A model generated the notes under the pieces. The model searched no databases. It worked only from the letters and a program-made list of their open reading frames with translations, and was not told the DNA's origin. DNA of 64,000 nt. Origin: Treponema sp. Its GTDB lineage: Bacteria > Spirochaetota > Spirochaetia > Treponematales > Treponemataceae. Of the stretch, positions 1-9,892 are shown piece after piece. A program made the translations under genes and the position numbers. The first letter of the stretch is position 1, and the number at the start of each line of letters is the position of its first letter. Location of the stretch: contig JAZUSR010000198.1 in assembly GCA_045606765.1 (NCBI GenBank), positions 15,563-79,562 on the forward strand, read 5' to 3'.

Positions 1-1033
1 TACTTTTACTTTCCAAAGGAACCCGTAACATTTGCAACACCGAACTTCGAAATTCTGCCGCTTCGTCCAAAAACAAAACTCCGTTGTGTGCCAATGAAAT
101 CTCCCCTGGTCTGCAATTCGTACCACCACCACATATACCTTCAATAGTCGCAGTCTGATGTGGCATCCTAAACGGAGGTTTCTTTACCAATGGAACCTTC
201 TCACTTAAAATACCTGCCAACGAATGAATCCTAGTCACCGAAAAAGCTTCTTCAACAGTCAAACCCGGCATCAATTCTCCAAACCTTTGCAAACACATTG
301 TTTTTCCACATCCAGGAGGCCCAAAAGCCAAAAGATTATGACCACCACAAGCAGCAATTTGCAACGCCCGAACTAATTTCGAATGCCCTTTAACCATCTT
401 AAAATCAAATTGTTCATCTTTTTTCGGGAACACCACGCCTAACACATCCTCAAACCCTTCTGGAATTTCATCCTCCAAAATTTTTCCATTTCTTCCGACA
501 AAAACATCCTTATTATGAAGAGCTTCAAACGCTTCAACTAAATTCTCCGCAGCAAAAACCTTCATCCCAAGAACTTCCCTAGCCTCATCAGCATTCTCTC
601 TAGGAACAACGCAATAAGTTATTCCACTTTCCATCGCAGTACTTACCGCTGCATGAATTCCACGAACACCTCTAAGTTTTCCAGATAATTCCAATTCACC
701 CATAACAAGAATGTTTTCCTCAATTAAAGAACTACAATTTCTTGATTTTACCTTTAGGCTTTCAGTCTCTCCTAAAACAGCAAGTGCAATCGCCAAATCA
801 AAACCAGCACCTTCTTTTTTAATATCAGCAGGTGATAAACTGATTAAAACTCTTTCCATCGGAAATTCATAATTAGAATTTCTAATAGCCGATCGCATTC
901 TTTCTCGACTTTCTTTTATCGCGTTATCTGCAAGCCCAACTACATCAACTGCAGGAATTCCACGCCGTAAATCGACTTCTACTGTTACTAAAGATCCTTC
1001 ATACCCAAATGGAGAAAACGAAAAAATCTGCAT
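1..1033 (-). CDS. comM: YifB/ComM family Mg-chelatase-like AAA+ ATPase (3' end runs off the window)
   Basis: Not in the ORF track; translated by hand from ATG at 1033: [45 protein letters not shown]. In-frame Walker A GPPGCGKT at about 322-299, PFRMPHQT and [15 protein letters not shown] motifs, GAGG SD upstream. Confidence 0.9.
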   Translation of the reverse strand, partial: MQIFSFSPFGYEGSLVTVEVDLRRGIPAVDVVGLADNAIKESRERMRSAIRNSNYEFPMERVLISLSPADIKKEGAGFDLAIALAVLGETESLKVKSRNCSSLIEENILVMGELELSGKLRGVRGIHAAVSTAMESGITYCVVPRENADEAREVLGMKVFAAENLVEAFEALHNKDVFVGRNGKILEDEIPEGFEDVLGVVFPKKDEQFDFKMVKGHSKLVRALQIAACGGHNLLAFGPPGCGKTMCLQRFGELMPGLTVEEAFSVTRIHSLAGILSEKVPLVKKPPFRMPHQTATIEGICGGGTNCRPGEISLAHNGVLFLDEAAEFRSSVLQMLRVPLESKS

Positions 1034-1181
1034 AATATAACCTCACAATTTGTCTTTACTAATATCATTATTTTTTTTAAAAAAAATTCCGCAAAAAAAT
1101 GAAAAAAATTTAAAAAAAATATGACCTATGAATAAAAATCGTGAGAAAATATATTTTAAACTGAATTAAAATGCAAAAAAA

Positions 1182-2021
1182 TTATTCTACGAGATTTTTA
1201 AGTTCATCCCAAAAACGATCATCAATTTTACGGCCACCACAAGTATGACCAATTTTTCTATCAGCACGAACAGCTTCTCCATGATAATCACTTCCTGCAG
1301 TTACAATAAAACCTAATTCTCTAGCAAGCTCTTCAAGGCGAATACAAGATCCAACTCTAGCCCCTGGATGATATGCTTCAAGGCCAACAATTCCTCGTTC
1401 CTTTAAATCTTGCATTACAGGAAAAATTTTTCCCCAACTGACATAAATTGACAGAGGATGGGCCATCACAGGTATCCCCCCAGAATCTTTTATTGCTTGA
1501 ATAGAATCATCAAGATTTGCACCAAGGCGAGGAATGTACCAAGGACAATTCTTTCCAATGTATTTATCAAAAGCCTGTTGTCGAGTTTTTACAATTTTTT
1601 TCTCAACCATATATGCTGCAAAATGAGGTCGTCCCAAACAACATGTTTTAAATTTAGATTGAATTTCTTTTAAATCAGCATCAAATCCAGCTTCCTTCAT
1701 TTTTTCGATAATTTGAGCATTTCTCGAATCTCGATCTTTTTGCAAATCATTCAATATTTTTAAAAGCTGTTCACTTGGATTTTTTAACCCCAAACCCAAA
1801 AGATGAAATTCCCCTTTGGGCCAATCTATATTTAATTCAACACCAGCAACAAAAGTTATGCCTAATTCTTCAGATTGAATTTTTGCTTCAGAAAGTCCTT
1901 CTATTGTATCATGATCTGTTAATGCCAAAACCTTTATATTCTTAGAAAAAGCATGTTTTACAAGTTCACTGGGAGATAAAACTCCATCAGAACAAGTTGA
2001 ATGGGTATGTAAATCAATCAT
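1182..2021 (-). CDS. PHP-domain metal-dependent phosphoesterase (TrpH/YciV-like)
   Basis: DLHTHSTCSDG, LTDHDT, GRPH, AHP and GSDYHG PHP motifs. Confidence 0.9.
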   Translation of the reverse strand: MIDLHTHSTCSDGVLSPSELVKHAFSKNIKVLALTDHDTIEGLSEAKIQSEELGITFVAGVELNIDWPKGEFHLLGLGLKNPSEQLLKILNDLQKDRDSRNAQIIEKMKEAGFDADLKEIQSKFKTCCLGRPHFAAYMVEKKIVKTRQQAFDKYIGKNCPWYIPRLGANLDDSIQAIKDSGGIPVMAHPLSIYVSWGKIFPVMQDLKERGIVGLEAYHPGARVGSCIRLEELARELGFIVTAGSDYHGEAVRADRKIGHTCGGRKIDDRFWDELKNLVE

Positions 2022-2100
2022 AATAAAAAATATAGCATAAAATTCATTTATATGGTATCATTAAAAATGGTTTAGTCTTTATTTTTTCAAGAGGAACAAT

Positions 2101-3336
2101 ATGCCAAGAGTTGTCCAATATGCAAAAGGCTCAATTATTTATTTTGCCGGCGACATTGATGAAAGAATTTATATTTTACAAAAAGGGCTTATTTTACTTA
2201 CAAGCACAGATATCGAAACTAACTCTGCCGTAACAGAACATGTTCGTAACGGCGAATTCTTTGGCGTAAAATCTGCACTAGGACATTTTCCTCGAGAAGA
2301 AACTGCAACTGTTTTACAAGACTCAATCGCAGTTTCTATGACAGTTCAAGAATTTGAAAATTTATTCTCTTCTAATAAAGACATCATGTTAAAAATGCTT
2401 AAAGTTTTTTCAGGACAATTAAGACAAATTCACAAAAAAACTGAAAGCATCTTAAAAAATAAAGAAACACAAAATCAACTAGAAGGAATGTTTTCTGTTG
2501 CAAAAAGTTTTTACAAAGATGCACAATATAGAGCATGTTGTGATGTTTGTATAAAATATCTTTCAAGTTATCCAATGGCATTAGACAAAGATAGTGTTGC
2601 AAAACTTTACGCAGATGCAAAACTTAGAGTTGAAAAACTAAAGTCTTCTGCAAAACAAAAAATAGTACCATTAACGACTAGTGAAAATATTTTACCACAA
2701 TTCAAATTGCCTGCCTTTGAACGATTCGCAAAAACTTATGAACCTGAGGAAGTAATCATTAGTGAATTTGAACCAGGAAACAGTTTTTATTTAATTCAAT
2801 CTGGCGAAGTTCAACTGATAAAATGTGTAAACGGAACAAAAAAGAATCTTGATATTTTGCGTCCCGGAGAATTTTTTGGCGAAATGGCAATTCTTGATAA
2901 TTCACCACGCTCTGCAACTTGTATGGCAATTGGACCTGTAAAATGTCTAGAATTTAATAAAGAAAATTTTGGTGTACTAATTGCAGGGAATCCACAACTT
3001 GCATTAATACTTTTAAAACTTTTCTGTAAACGAATTTATGACCAAAAACGCCGACTTAGAATTCTTGTAATAAAAGATTACAATGTAAGAATTGCAGATG
3101 TTTTATTAATGTATGATGAAATGAACCCTTCTCCAAACACTGCTGATAACACAAGAATTTTAAATATCACGGTTCAAGATATTTCACATTGGGCAGGATT
3201 ATCTTTAGACATTACTCGTACAGAAATTAATAAATATGTAGAAAAACGAAAAATCGAAGTATACGAATCAAGTATTTTTATTGCAAATATTGCAGAACTT
3301 CGTCGAACTGTTGAATCAAAATTGTCATTGAACTAG
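2101..3336 (+). CDS. Crp/Fnr-like protein with two cNMP-binding domains, a central helical/TPR-like linker and a C-terminal HTH-like region
   Basis: GEFFGVKSALGHFPREETA and GEFFGEMAILDNSPRSATC cassettes; C-terminal ITVQDISHWAGLS; GAGGA SD. Confidence 0.85.
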   Translation: MPRVVQYAKGSIIYFAGDIDERIYILQKGLILLTSTDIETNSAVTEHVRNGEFFGVKSALGHFPREETATVLQDSIAVSMTVQEFENLFSSNKDIMLKMLKVFSGQLRQIHKKTESILKNKETQNQLEGMFSVAKSFYKDAQYRACCDVCIKYLSSYPMALDKDSVAKLYADAKLRVEKLKSSAKQKIVPLTTSENILPQFKLPAFERFAKTYEPEEVIISEFEPGNSFYLIQSGEVQLIKCVNGTKKNLDILRPGEFFGEMAILDNSPRSATCMAIGPVKCLEFNKENFGVLIAGNPQLALILLKLFCKRIYDQKRRLRILVIKDYNVRIADVLLMYDEMNPSPNTADNTRILNITVQDISHWAGLSLDITRTEINKYVEKRKIEVYESSIFIANIAELRRTVESKLSLN

Positions 3337-3369
3337 TTTTTTTGATTTGATATAATTATTCAAATTTTA

Positions 3370-3442
3370 GCCAACTTAGCTCACCTGGTAGAGCAGCTCC
3401 CTCGTAACGAGCAGGTACTCGGTTCAAGTCCGGGAGTTGGCT
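3370..3442 (+). tRNA. tRNA-Thr(CGT), CCA not encoded
   Basis: Acceptor GCCAACT/AGTTGGC, D-arm GCTC..GAGC, anticodon loop CT-CGT-AA, T-arm GGTTCAAGTCC. Confidence 0.93.
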
Positions 3443-3454
3443 TTTAACTAAATT

Positions 3455-4837
3455 ATGAAACGCTTATTTATTTTTTTATTTGCAAGCTCAATTTTCTTTT
3501 TCGCATGTACTTCTACAAATAAAAATTTACAAAATCAAAAAAAAGAGTGTCCGCAAAAAGAATTTGATGAAGATGTAAAACAAATTGTAAAAAAAATGAC
3601 AATCCGACAAAAAATTGGACAACTCTTTCTTGTAAATTTTCGATACTGTGCAATTTCCGAAGCAACAAAGTATTTTAATAAAGCTACCGATTTTGAAACT
3701 TCCTCAGGAAAAATTGTAAAAGTTGTCCCACTTGATTCCGTAAATAAAACAGTTGAATCTTCAATAAAAAAATATCACTTTGGAAATATCATTCTTTTTG
3801 GAGAAAATTTTATTTCTATCGACAATTCCATAAAATTTATTTCAGACTTACAAACTATTGCTATTCAAAATAATGACTTACCATTAATTATTTCTATCGA
3901 TCAAGAAGGAGGACGAGTAAACAGAATTTATCAAACAGCAATTTTTCCTTCGGCAAAAAAAATCGGAAACACAAATAATCTAGAACTAGCATTTTTAGAA
4001 GGAAAGTACCTTGGACAACAACTTTCATCGATAGGAATAAATTTAAACTTTGCACCTGTTTGCGATGTTAATTCAAATCCAAAAAATCCAATTATTGGGG
4101 ACAGAAGTTTTTCTTCAAACCCAAATAAAGCCGGGGAATTTGCAACAAAAGTTTTTAAAGGAATGGAATCGGAAAATATAATCGCTTGTGCAAAACACTT
4201 TCCAGGCCATGGAGATACAACTGTAGACAGCCATATCGGTTTACCAACAATAAAAAAATCAAAAAAACAATGGGACAACTTGGAATCAATTCCGTTTAAA
4301 AAAATAATCAATTCAGGAATACCTGTAATTATGAGTGCCCACATTCAATATCCTGAACTAGACAATTCCAAAATCCATGCAAAGAAAACCGGTAAACAAA
4401 TTATCAGACCTGCAACCCTTTCTAAAACGATATTAACAAATATTCTCCGCCATGAACTAAATTTTAATGGAGTAATTTGCACCGATGCTCTTGATATGAA
4501 GGCTATCACAAAAAATTTCACAGAAAGCCAAGCCATAATCGAAGCAATAAATGCCGGCGCAGATTTAATTTGCAATCCTTTTTCAATAATTCAACAAGCA
4601 GACTTAGAAAAAATTGAATCAATTTACATAGATATTGAAAATGCAATAAAAAACAAATCACTGCCCATTGAAAGATTAAATAATGCAGTTTGTAGAATTG
4701 TCCAATTAAAAAAAGATTATAATATTCTTCAGACAAAAAATAAGCCGGTAACAAAGCAAGCTATTGCAGAATCAAAAAAAATCCTAAACTCACCTGTTTA
4801 CCGGCAATTCGCAAACAAAATCAAAACTAGTTATTAG
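3455..4837 (+). CDS. GH3 beta-N-acetylhexosaminidase (NagZ-like), predicted lipoprotein
   Basis: IDQEGG, KHFPGHGDTTVDSH (Asp-His dyad) and TDALDM motifs; lipobox FFAC. Confidence 0.88.
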   Translation: MKRLFIFLFASSIFFFACTSTNKNLQNQKKECPQKEFDEDVKQIVKKMTIRQKIGQLFLVNFRYCAISEATKYFNKATDFETSSGKIVKVVPLDSVNKTVESSIKKYHFGNIILFGENFISIDNSIKFISDLQTIAIQNNDLPLIISIDQEGGRVNRIYQTAIFPSAKKIGNTNNLELAFLEGKYLGQQLSSIGINLNFAPVCDVNSNPKNPIIGDRSFSSNPNKAGEFATKVFKGMESENIIACAKHFPGHGDTTVDSHIGLPTIKKSKKQWDNLESIPFKKIINSGIPVIMSAHIQYPELDNSKIHAKKTGKQIIRPATLSKTILTNILRHELNFNGVICTDALDMKAITKNFTESQAIIEAINAGADLICNPFSIIQQADLEKIESIYIDIENAIKNKSLPIERLNNAVCRIVQLKKDYNILQTKNKPVTKQAIAESKKILNSPVYRQFANKIKTSY

Positions 4838-6380
4838 TAATTTCTGATAACTTTTTATTTACAAATTCAGTTGCTTGTTTTGGATTAGCTTTTCCTTGAG
4901 AAGCTTTCATTACTTGTCCCATAAGCCAACCAACAACATTTGTTTTTCCTGCTTTAAAATCTTCAATTGCTTTTGGATTTGCAGCAAGTACATCATCTAC
5001 AATTTTTTCAATTTCGCCAGCATTACTTACAACTTCCATTCCTTTTTCTTTAATGATAACAGAAGGCATTTTATTTGTAGAAAGCATTTCTGCAAAAACT
5101 TCTTTTCCTTGTTTTGAAGTTATTTTACTTTCTTCAAGGGCATCTGCAAGTTCTGTAATATGTGCAGGAGAAAGTGCAATATCAGTAATTGTCTTTTTCT
5201 GTTCATTTAATTGTGCTAATAATTCAGAAAGAATCAAATTTGCAACACGCTTTGGACTTTTTGATTTTGAAGAAGCTTCTTCAAACCATAATGCCAATTC
5301 TCTTGAACTTGTTAAAGTTTCTACATCAAAATCGCTTAACCCAAATTCTTTCTTAAATCGGGTTCTTTTTTGTTCTGGAAGTTCTCCAACTTTTTGACTA
5401 GCTCTTTTGATTAAATCTTCATCAACAGAAAAAGGTTTAATATCAGGTTCTACTACAAATCTATAATCTACAAAAGAATTTTTTGTACGCTGAACTGTTG
5501 TAACACCTTTTACTTCGTCCCAACCCATTGTAACTTTATATCCTGGATTAAATTCTTGACGATCTTCTTGAAATTCTTTTAATTGTCTTTGAGCTTCATA
5601 AGTACAAGCATCTTTAATTGCACGGAATGAGTTTAAGTTTTTAATTTCCGAAATTGGTGTGTGATAAAGTTTTCCATCTTCCCAAACATTAAGGTTGATG
5701 TTTGCATCACAACGCATATTTCCTTCTTCAAGATTTCCTTTTGTAACTTTTACATAACGTAAAATTTCCTGAACAGTTTGCATAAACAATGCTGCTTCTT
5801 CAGGACTAGAAATATCTGGTTTTGTAACAATTTCAATCAAAGGAGTTCCACAACGGTTATAATCAATATACGAATGTTTTCCTTCAATATGGAGTGATTT
5901 TCCTACGTCTTCTTCAAGGTGAATTCTTTCAATTCTAACACGACGGTATTTTGAACCTTCATTTTCGATTATACAATTTTCACCTTTAAAATTTACTTCA
6001 CGACATTTTTCGCCACCAGGCTGTTCATCTTTTGAATAATGAATAAAAGGAAGATCAACATATCCATCTGAACAAAGTGGAATATCATACTGAGTAATCT
6101 GATAACCTTTTGCCAAGTCAGGATAAAAATAATGTTTTCGATCAAATTTTGTAAAACGAGCAATATTACAATTTAATGCAAGCCCCGCAACTGCTCCAAG
6201 TTCAACATAACCTTTACTAACACGAGGCATTGCACCAGGAAGGCCAAGACAAACAGGACAAACTCGAGTATCTGGCATACCACCATAACGATTTTCACAT
6301 GCACAAAATGCCTTAGTCTTGGTCAAAAGCTGAGTATGAATTTCACAACCAATTACAATTTCATATTTATCAATAGCCAT
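4827..6380 (-). CDS. gatB: Asp-tRNA(Asn)/Glu-tRNA(Gln) amidotransferase subunit B
   Basis: IGCEIHTQL, FDRKHYFYPDLAKGYQITQ, HLEEDVGK, DYNRCGTPLIEIVT and SEIKNLNSF motifs. Confidence 0.97.
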   Translation of the reverse strand: MAIDKYEIVIGCEIHTQLLTKTKAFCACENRYGGMPDTRVCPVCLGLPGAMPRVSKGYVELGAVAGLALNCNIARFTKFDRKHYFYPDLAKGYQITQYDIPLCSDGYVDLPFIHYSKDEQPGGEKCREVNFKGENCIIENEGSKYRRVRIERIHLEEDVGKSLHIEGKHSYIDYNRCGTPLIEIVTKPDISSPEEAALFMQTVQEILRYVKVTKGNLEEGNMRCDANINLNVWEDGKLYHTPISEIKNLNSFRAIKDACTYEAQRQLKEFQEDRQEFNPGYKVTMGWDEVKGVTTVQRTKNSFVDYRFVVEPDIKPFSVDEDLIKRASQKVGELPEQKRTRFKKEFGLSDFDVETLTSSRELALWFEEASSKSKSPKRVANLILSELLAQLNEQKKTITDIALSPAHITELADALEESKITSKQGKEVFAEMLSTNKMPSVIIKEKGMEVVSNAGEIEKIVDDVLAANPKAIEDFKAGKTNVVGWLMGQVMKASQGKANPKQATEFVNKKLSEITNN

Positions 6381-6537
6381 AATTTTTCCTTTTATAATGC
6401 TCCAATTATACCAATTTTCTCTAATTTGAACAATAAGACAACATTCTAAATTAAAATTGTTGTCGATAGAAAAACTAATTTAAAAAATGGCATTACAAAC
6501 TTTGTTTATAGTAAATGAATTTTTATAAATTCCTTAA

Positions 6538-7551
6538 TCAGTTTAATACATCAAAAAGAATTTCTAAATTTTTATTCATTATGCTTAAATATGATTCTGA
6601 ATCTAAAACTTTCCCTTGTATTGAATTTAAAACTTTAATTTGAATATCTGATGATTGTACTTTTTCAACGCCATTTAATGTACGAGACTTTTCTACTTGT
6701 TGAATAATCGTTTTTGGAAGTTTATCATTTCCTGTTTCTGTAATCACAATTGAACTAAGATTATGTTCTATCATTTTTTCAGAGAGAGCTAAAATCACAT
6801 CAAATGAAGCATCTGTTTCGGATGAACATCCTTCAAAAGCTGCAAAATATTCTAGCCCAAAATCTTTTGCAAAATACAAAAAAGGAAATCTATCGGCAAC
6901 TACCATAACTTTAGTTTTTGAATTATTTACAATCTGAATTCCTTTCTTTTGAAGTTCATTAATCTTTTCAATGTAAAATTTTGCATTCCCCAAATAAAAA
7001 TCTTTATTTGATTCATCAAGCAATGAAATTTCATTTGCAATCATTTCAATAAAAAAAGGAACAGACTTCAAAGAAAGCCATATATGTTCATCAAAAAGTT
7101 GTACATCACCTTCTTCATGATGATTATGATGCTCATGGTTACTATGTAATTCTTTTTTATCATCCAAATTTTGATAAGGCAACAATAAATTTTCAGATTT
7201 TTCAATAATATCAAGATACCTTACACCATTTTTTTCCATTTGAGGAATTAATTTTTTTATCCAAAAATCCGAAGTTCCCCCAATTGAAATAGACAAATCT
7301 GTTTTTGGACCTGAAATAGTTACAATATCTTTTGCACTTGGTTGCCAACTATGCAAATCGGCTGAAGAATCTAATAAAAGTTTTACTTCTGCTTTTTCCT
7401 GAACTATATTTTTTACCCAATCATAAATTGGAAATGTTGTAACAACAATTGTTATTTTATTTTTTTCGGTTGAACTATTTTTAAAATTACATGAATTAAA
7501 CAGAACAATAACTAAAATTATCCAACTAAAAATTCCTTTATTAAATTTCAT
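6538..7551 (-). CDS. ZnuA/AdcA-type metal ABC substrate-binding lipoprotein
   Basis: VVTTFPIYD, DLHSWQP, His-rich loop HSNHEHHNHHEE, DEHIWLS; lipobox FNSC; likely start ATG at 7551. Confidence 0.88.
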   Translation of the reverse strand: MKFNKGIFSWIILVIVLFNSCNFKNSSTEKNKITIVVTTFPIYDWVKNIVQEKAEVKLLLDSSADLHSWQPSAKDIVTISGPKTDLSISIGGTSDFWIKKLIPQMEKNGVRYLDIIEKSENLLLPYQNLDDKKELHSNHEHHNHHEEGDVQLFDEHIWLSLKSVPFFIEMIANEISLLDESNKDFYLGNAKFYIEKINELQKKGIQIVNNSKTKVMVVADRFPFLYFAKDFGLEYFAAFEGCSSETDASFDVILALSEKMIEHNLSSIVITETGNDKLPKTIIQQVEKSRTLNGVEKVQSSDIQIKVLNSIQGKVLDSESYLSIMNKNLEILFDVLN

Positions 7552-7592
7552 TTTTTTCTCACTTAAAAATCTTTTTATCACTATAGTCCAAA

Positions 7593-8024
7593 TTAACTCA
7601 ACGAACTGATTTCTATACCTTTAGAACACTCTTTACAAAGGCCATATAATACAGTTTTTGAATAGTCAATCATAACACCATGTTCTTTTTCAATATGGCT
7701 TGTAAAACCATTTGATTCAGAACAATCCAAATGAATTATCGAAGAACATTTAGTACATTGCATATGCAAATGAGAGAGACATTTTTCTTTACCAGCAATA
7801 TATTGATACAATTTTTTTTTGCCATCTTCTGCTGAATGAACAATTACTTTTTTTGCTGTAACCAATTTATCTAACTGACGATAAACAGTAGTAATATTTG
7901 TTTTAGGATGATTTTTTTCTAGTTCAGTACAAATATCCATTACACTAATTGCAGTATCTTTTTTTGCCTCAAGAAAAGATAAAATTTCTTCTCCAACTTT
8001 TGTCTTATATCCATTTGGTCTCAT
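7593..8024 (-). CDS. Fur-family regulator, probably Zur
   Basis: ITTVYRQL HTH, HLHMQCTKC and GLCKEC motifs; directly upstream of the Zn-binding protein gene; likely start ATG at 8024 (MRPNGYKT). Confidence 0.85.
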   Translation of the reverse strand: MRPNGYKTKVGEEILSFLEAKKDTAISVMDICTELEKNHPKTNITTVYRQLDKLVTAKKVIVHSAEDGKKKLYQYIAGKEKCLSHLHMQCTKCSSIIHLDCSESNGFTSHIEKEHGVMIDYSKTVLYGLCKECSKGIEISSLS

Positions 8025-8037
8025 ACTTTTATTATAT

Positions 8038-8086
8038 GAAAATGCAAGTAATTTGCAATATGATTTTGCAAACAATTTGCATTTTC
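8038..8086. promoter_or_regulatory. Tandem 7-1-7-type palindromic operators (candidate Zur boxes) overlapping the zur promoter
   Basis: TGCAAGTAATTTGCA (8043-8057) and TGCAAACAATTTGCA (8067-8081); the first overlaps the minus-strand TTGCAA-16-TATAAT promoter. Confidence 0.7.
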
Positions 8087-8145
8087 TTATTAAATTTTAT
8101 AATATACACTTGTTGTTTAGCAAAAGTTTTGGTAGTATCAAATAT

Positions 8146-8571
8146 ATGAGAAAAAATAAAGTAACAAAATCAATCTTTTTACTAGTAGTATTAGTTTCAC
8201 TTATCGGTTGTAAATCTACAGAAATTGTAATTCCAGAAGATTTATCTGCATCTCAATTAATCCAACGCGGACAAGATGCTGCTGCAAATAATAAATTTGA
8301 AGAAGCAGATAAATATTATGTAGCTACAATCGACCGCTATGGGCAAGATTTAAAATGCTATGTTGAAGCTCGTTATGAATTAGCTCATTCTTTTACAAAA
8401 CAAAAAAGATATGACGAAGCAAAAACAATGTTCAATGAAATTATTTCTATTTTTGAACAACCAAATGCAATTTATCAAGTTCAGCCTAAATATAAAAAGT
8501 TAGCTCAAATTGGCCTTGCAACTATTGAAGAAGCCGAAAAAGCAAAACAGGCAAAAGAAAAAAAGGAATAA
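8146..8571 (+). CDS. Small TPR-like (BamD/YfiO-like) lipoprotein
   Basis: Likely start ATG at 8146; lipobox LIGC; helical repeats (ARYELAHSF..YDEAK). Confidence 0.7.
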   Translation: MRKNKVTKSIFLLVVLVSLIGCKSTEIVIPEDLSASQLIQRGQDAAANNKFEEADKYYVATIDRYGQDLKCYVEARYELAHSFTKQKRYDEAKTMFNEIISIFEQPNAIYQVQPKYKKLAQIGLATIEEAEKAKQAKEKKE

Positions 8572-8615
8572 ATTTTCTTAAACCTATCAAAATCACTTCT
8601 GTTTAAAAGTCCAAA

Positions 8616-9842
8616 CTAGCGACCACGTTTTGCTTTTTCATCAGGAGTGATAATTGCATTAATTTCGATATTTTTTTCTTTAGACATTTTTTCAACAAGT
8701 TCTTTCGTATATCGTTTTGACCTACGAGGTGTCGGATGAGGTTCTGCATCACCGATTAAAATTACTTTTTTCGATGAGCCAGCTCTCCATTGATAAAACT
8801 CCATTGATGCAAAAATTGCTTCATAAACGGCTTCTGGAATATCTCCACCTTCATTACCAATAATTCGTACCGATTTTATATTTTTTTCAAATACTTCAAC
8901 ATCATTTGTAAAAGGAAAATATTTTACAGGAAGATTATTCATATAAAAATTATCACCATAATCTCTGTAAAAAAGCAGCCCTAAATTTACATCATTAATT
9001 TTTTTTAAATCATCTTTTAGGATTGGAATCCATTCGTGCTTTAACTTTTCAATATCATCTTTCATACTTCCTGTTGCATCTATTGCAAACACAATATCCA
9101 CAACATCTTTAGATTCAATTCGATTAATTGATTCGGAAATATCACTAATTATAGTTTCAGGACCCTTAGAATAAATCAAAAAATCTGAAATTTCTTCAAA
9201 CGAATGAACCGCAATTGGATTATACTCATCAGTCAAAACAACTTCCACAGAATCTACTTTTGGCATATTTCTTTCAATTTTTTTTACCTTCTTTGAAACA
9301 ACTTTAAAATCGAACATAAATGGATTATCAAAATATTTTCCTGAATAATCACAATATTTTTTCTCAAATGATCGGATATTAAAAAAAGTTCCTTTTCCAA
9401 TTTTTACAGTACCATTTCGGCTCCAAGAATAACCAAACACAATTTCTGTAGGAATAAAAATATGAAAACATTGATTAAAATATTGATTTTTTTCAACTGT
9501 TGAATCAATTAAAAAATATTTTGCCTGTGGAGAATTTAATATTTCTCCATCAAGAATTCTCTTTTCATTTCCATTTATTTCATTAAATTCTTTTGCACGA
9601 TATGCATAATTTGGTTCTTTTCCAAGAGGATCTTTTGTAGTTTCTGTTAACATAACAGATTCGACATTTTTAGATTTTTTTATATACAAATGATAACCAA
9701 TAACATTTTGAGAAGAATCTTTTTCATCAACAATGACAATATCGCTTGATTTTACAAATAAATTCACTTCTTGAGCAAAACTTAATGAGAAAAACAATAA
9801 ATTTAAACAAAAAATGAATGAAATTTTTATACTTTTCTTCAT
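8616..9842 (-). CDS. Secreted von Willebrand factor A domain protein
   Basis: Signal peptide ending SFA; DIVFAIDATGSM MIDAS-like motif, GGDIPEA, VILIGDAEPH. Confidence 0.85.
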   Translation of the reverse strand: MKKSIKISFIFCLNLLFFSLSFAQEVNLFVKSSDIVIVDEKDSSQNVIGYHLYIKKSKNVESVMLTETTKDPLGKEPNYAYRAKEFNEINGNEKRILDGEILNSPQAKYFLIDSTVEKNQYFNQCFHIFIPTEIVFGYSWSRNGTVKIGKGTFFNIRSFEKKYCDYSGKYFDNPFMFDFKVVSKKVKKIERNMPKVDSVEVVLTDEYNPIAVHSFEEISDFLIYSKGPETIISDISESINRIESKDVVDIVFAIDATGSMKDDIEKLKHEWIPILKDDLKKINDVNLGLLFYRDYGDNFYMNNLPVKYFPFTNDVEVFEKNIKSVRIIGNEGGDIPEAVYEAIFASMEFYQWRAGSSKKVILIGDAEPHPTPRRSKRYTKELVEKMSKEKNIEINAIITPDEKAKRGR

Positions 9843-9892
9843 ATTACAAATATCGGATGGTATTTTAAAAAATATTATGATATAATATAATT

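Noticed and set aside
1061-1120. Poly-T/poly-A tracts upstream of comM as a phase-variable promoter
   Set aside because: Runs of 7-8 A/T are common throughout this AT-rich sequence and I could not fit a convincing -35/-10 pair around them.
3370-4837. Genomic island inserted at tRNA-Thr (or at tRNA-Leu 61508-61595)
   Set aside because: No integrase and no duplicated tRNA 3' end seen; flanking genes are housekeeping-like.
6437-6464. GACAACA...TGTTGTC inverted repeat between the Zn-binding protein gene and gatB
   Set aside because: Short stem, no U-tail; could be a weak terminator but not distinctive enough to call.
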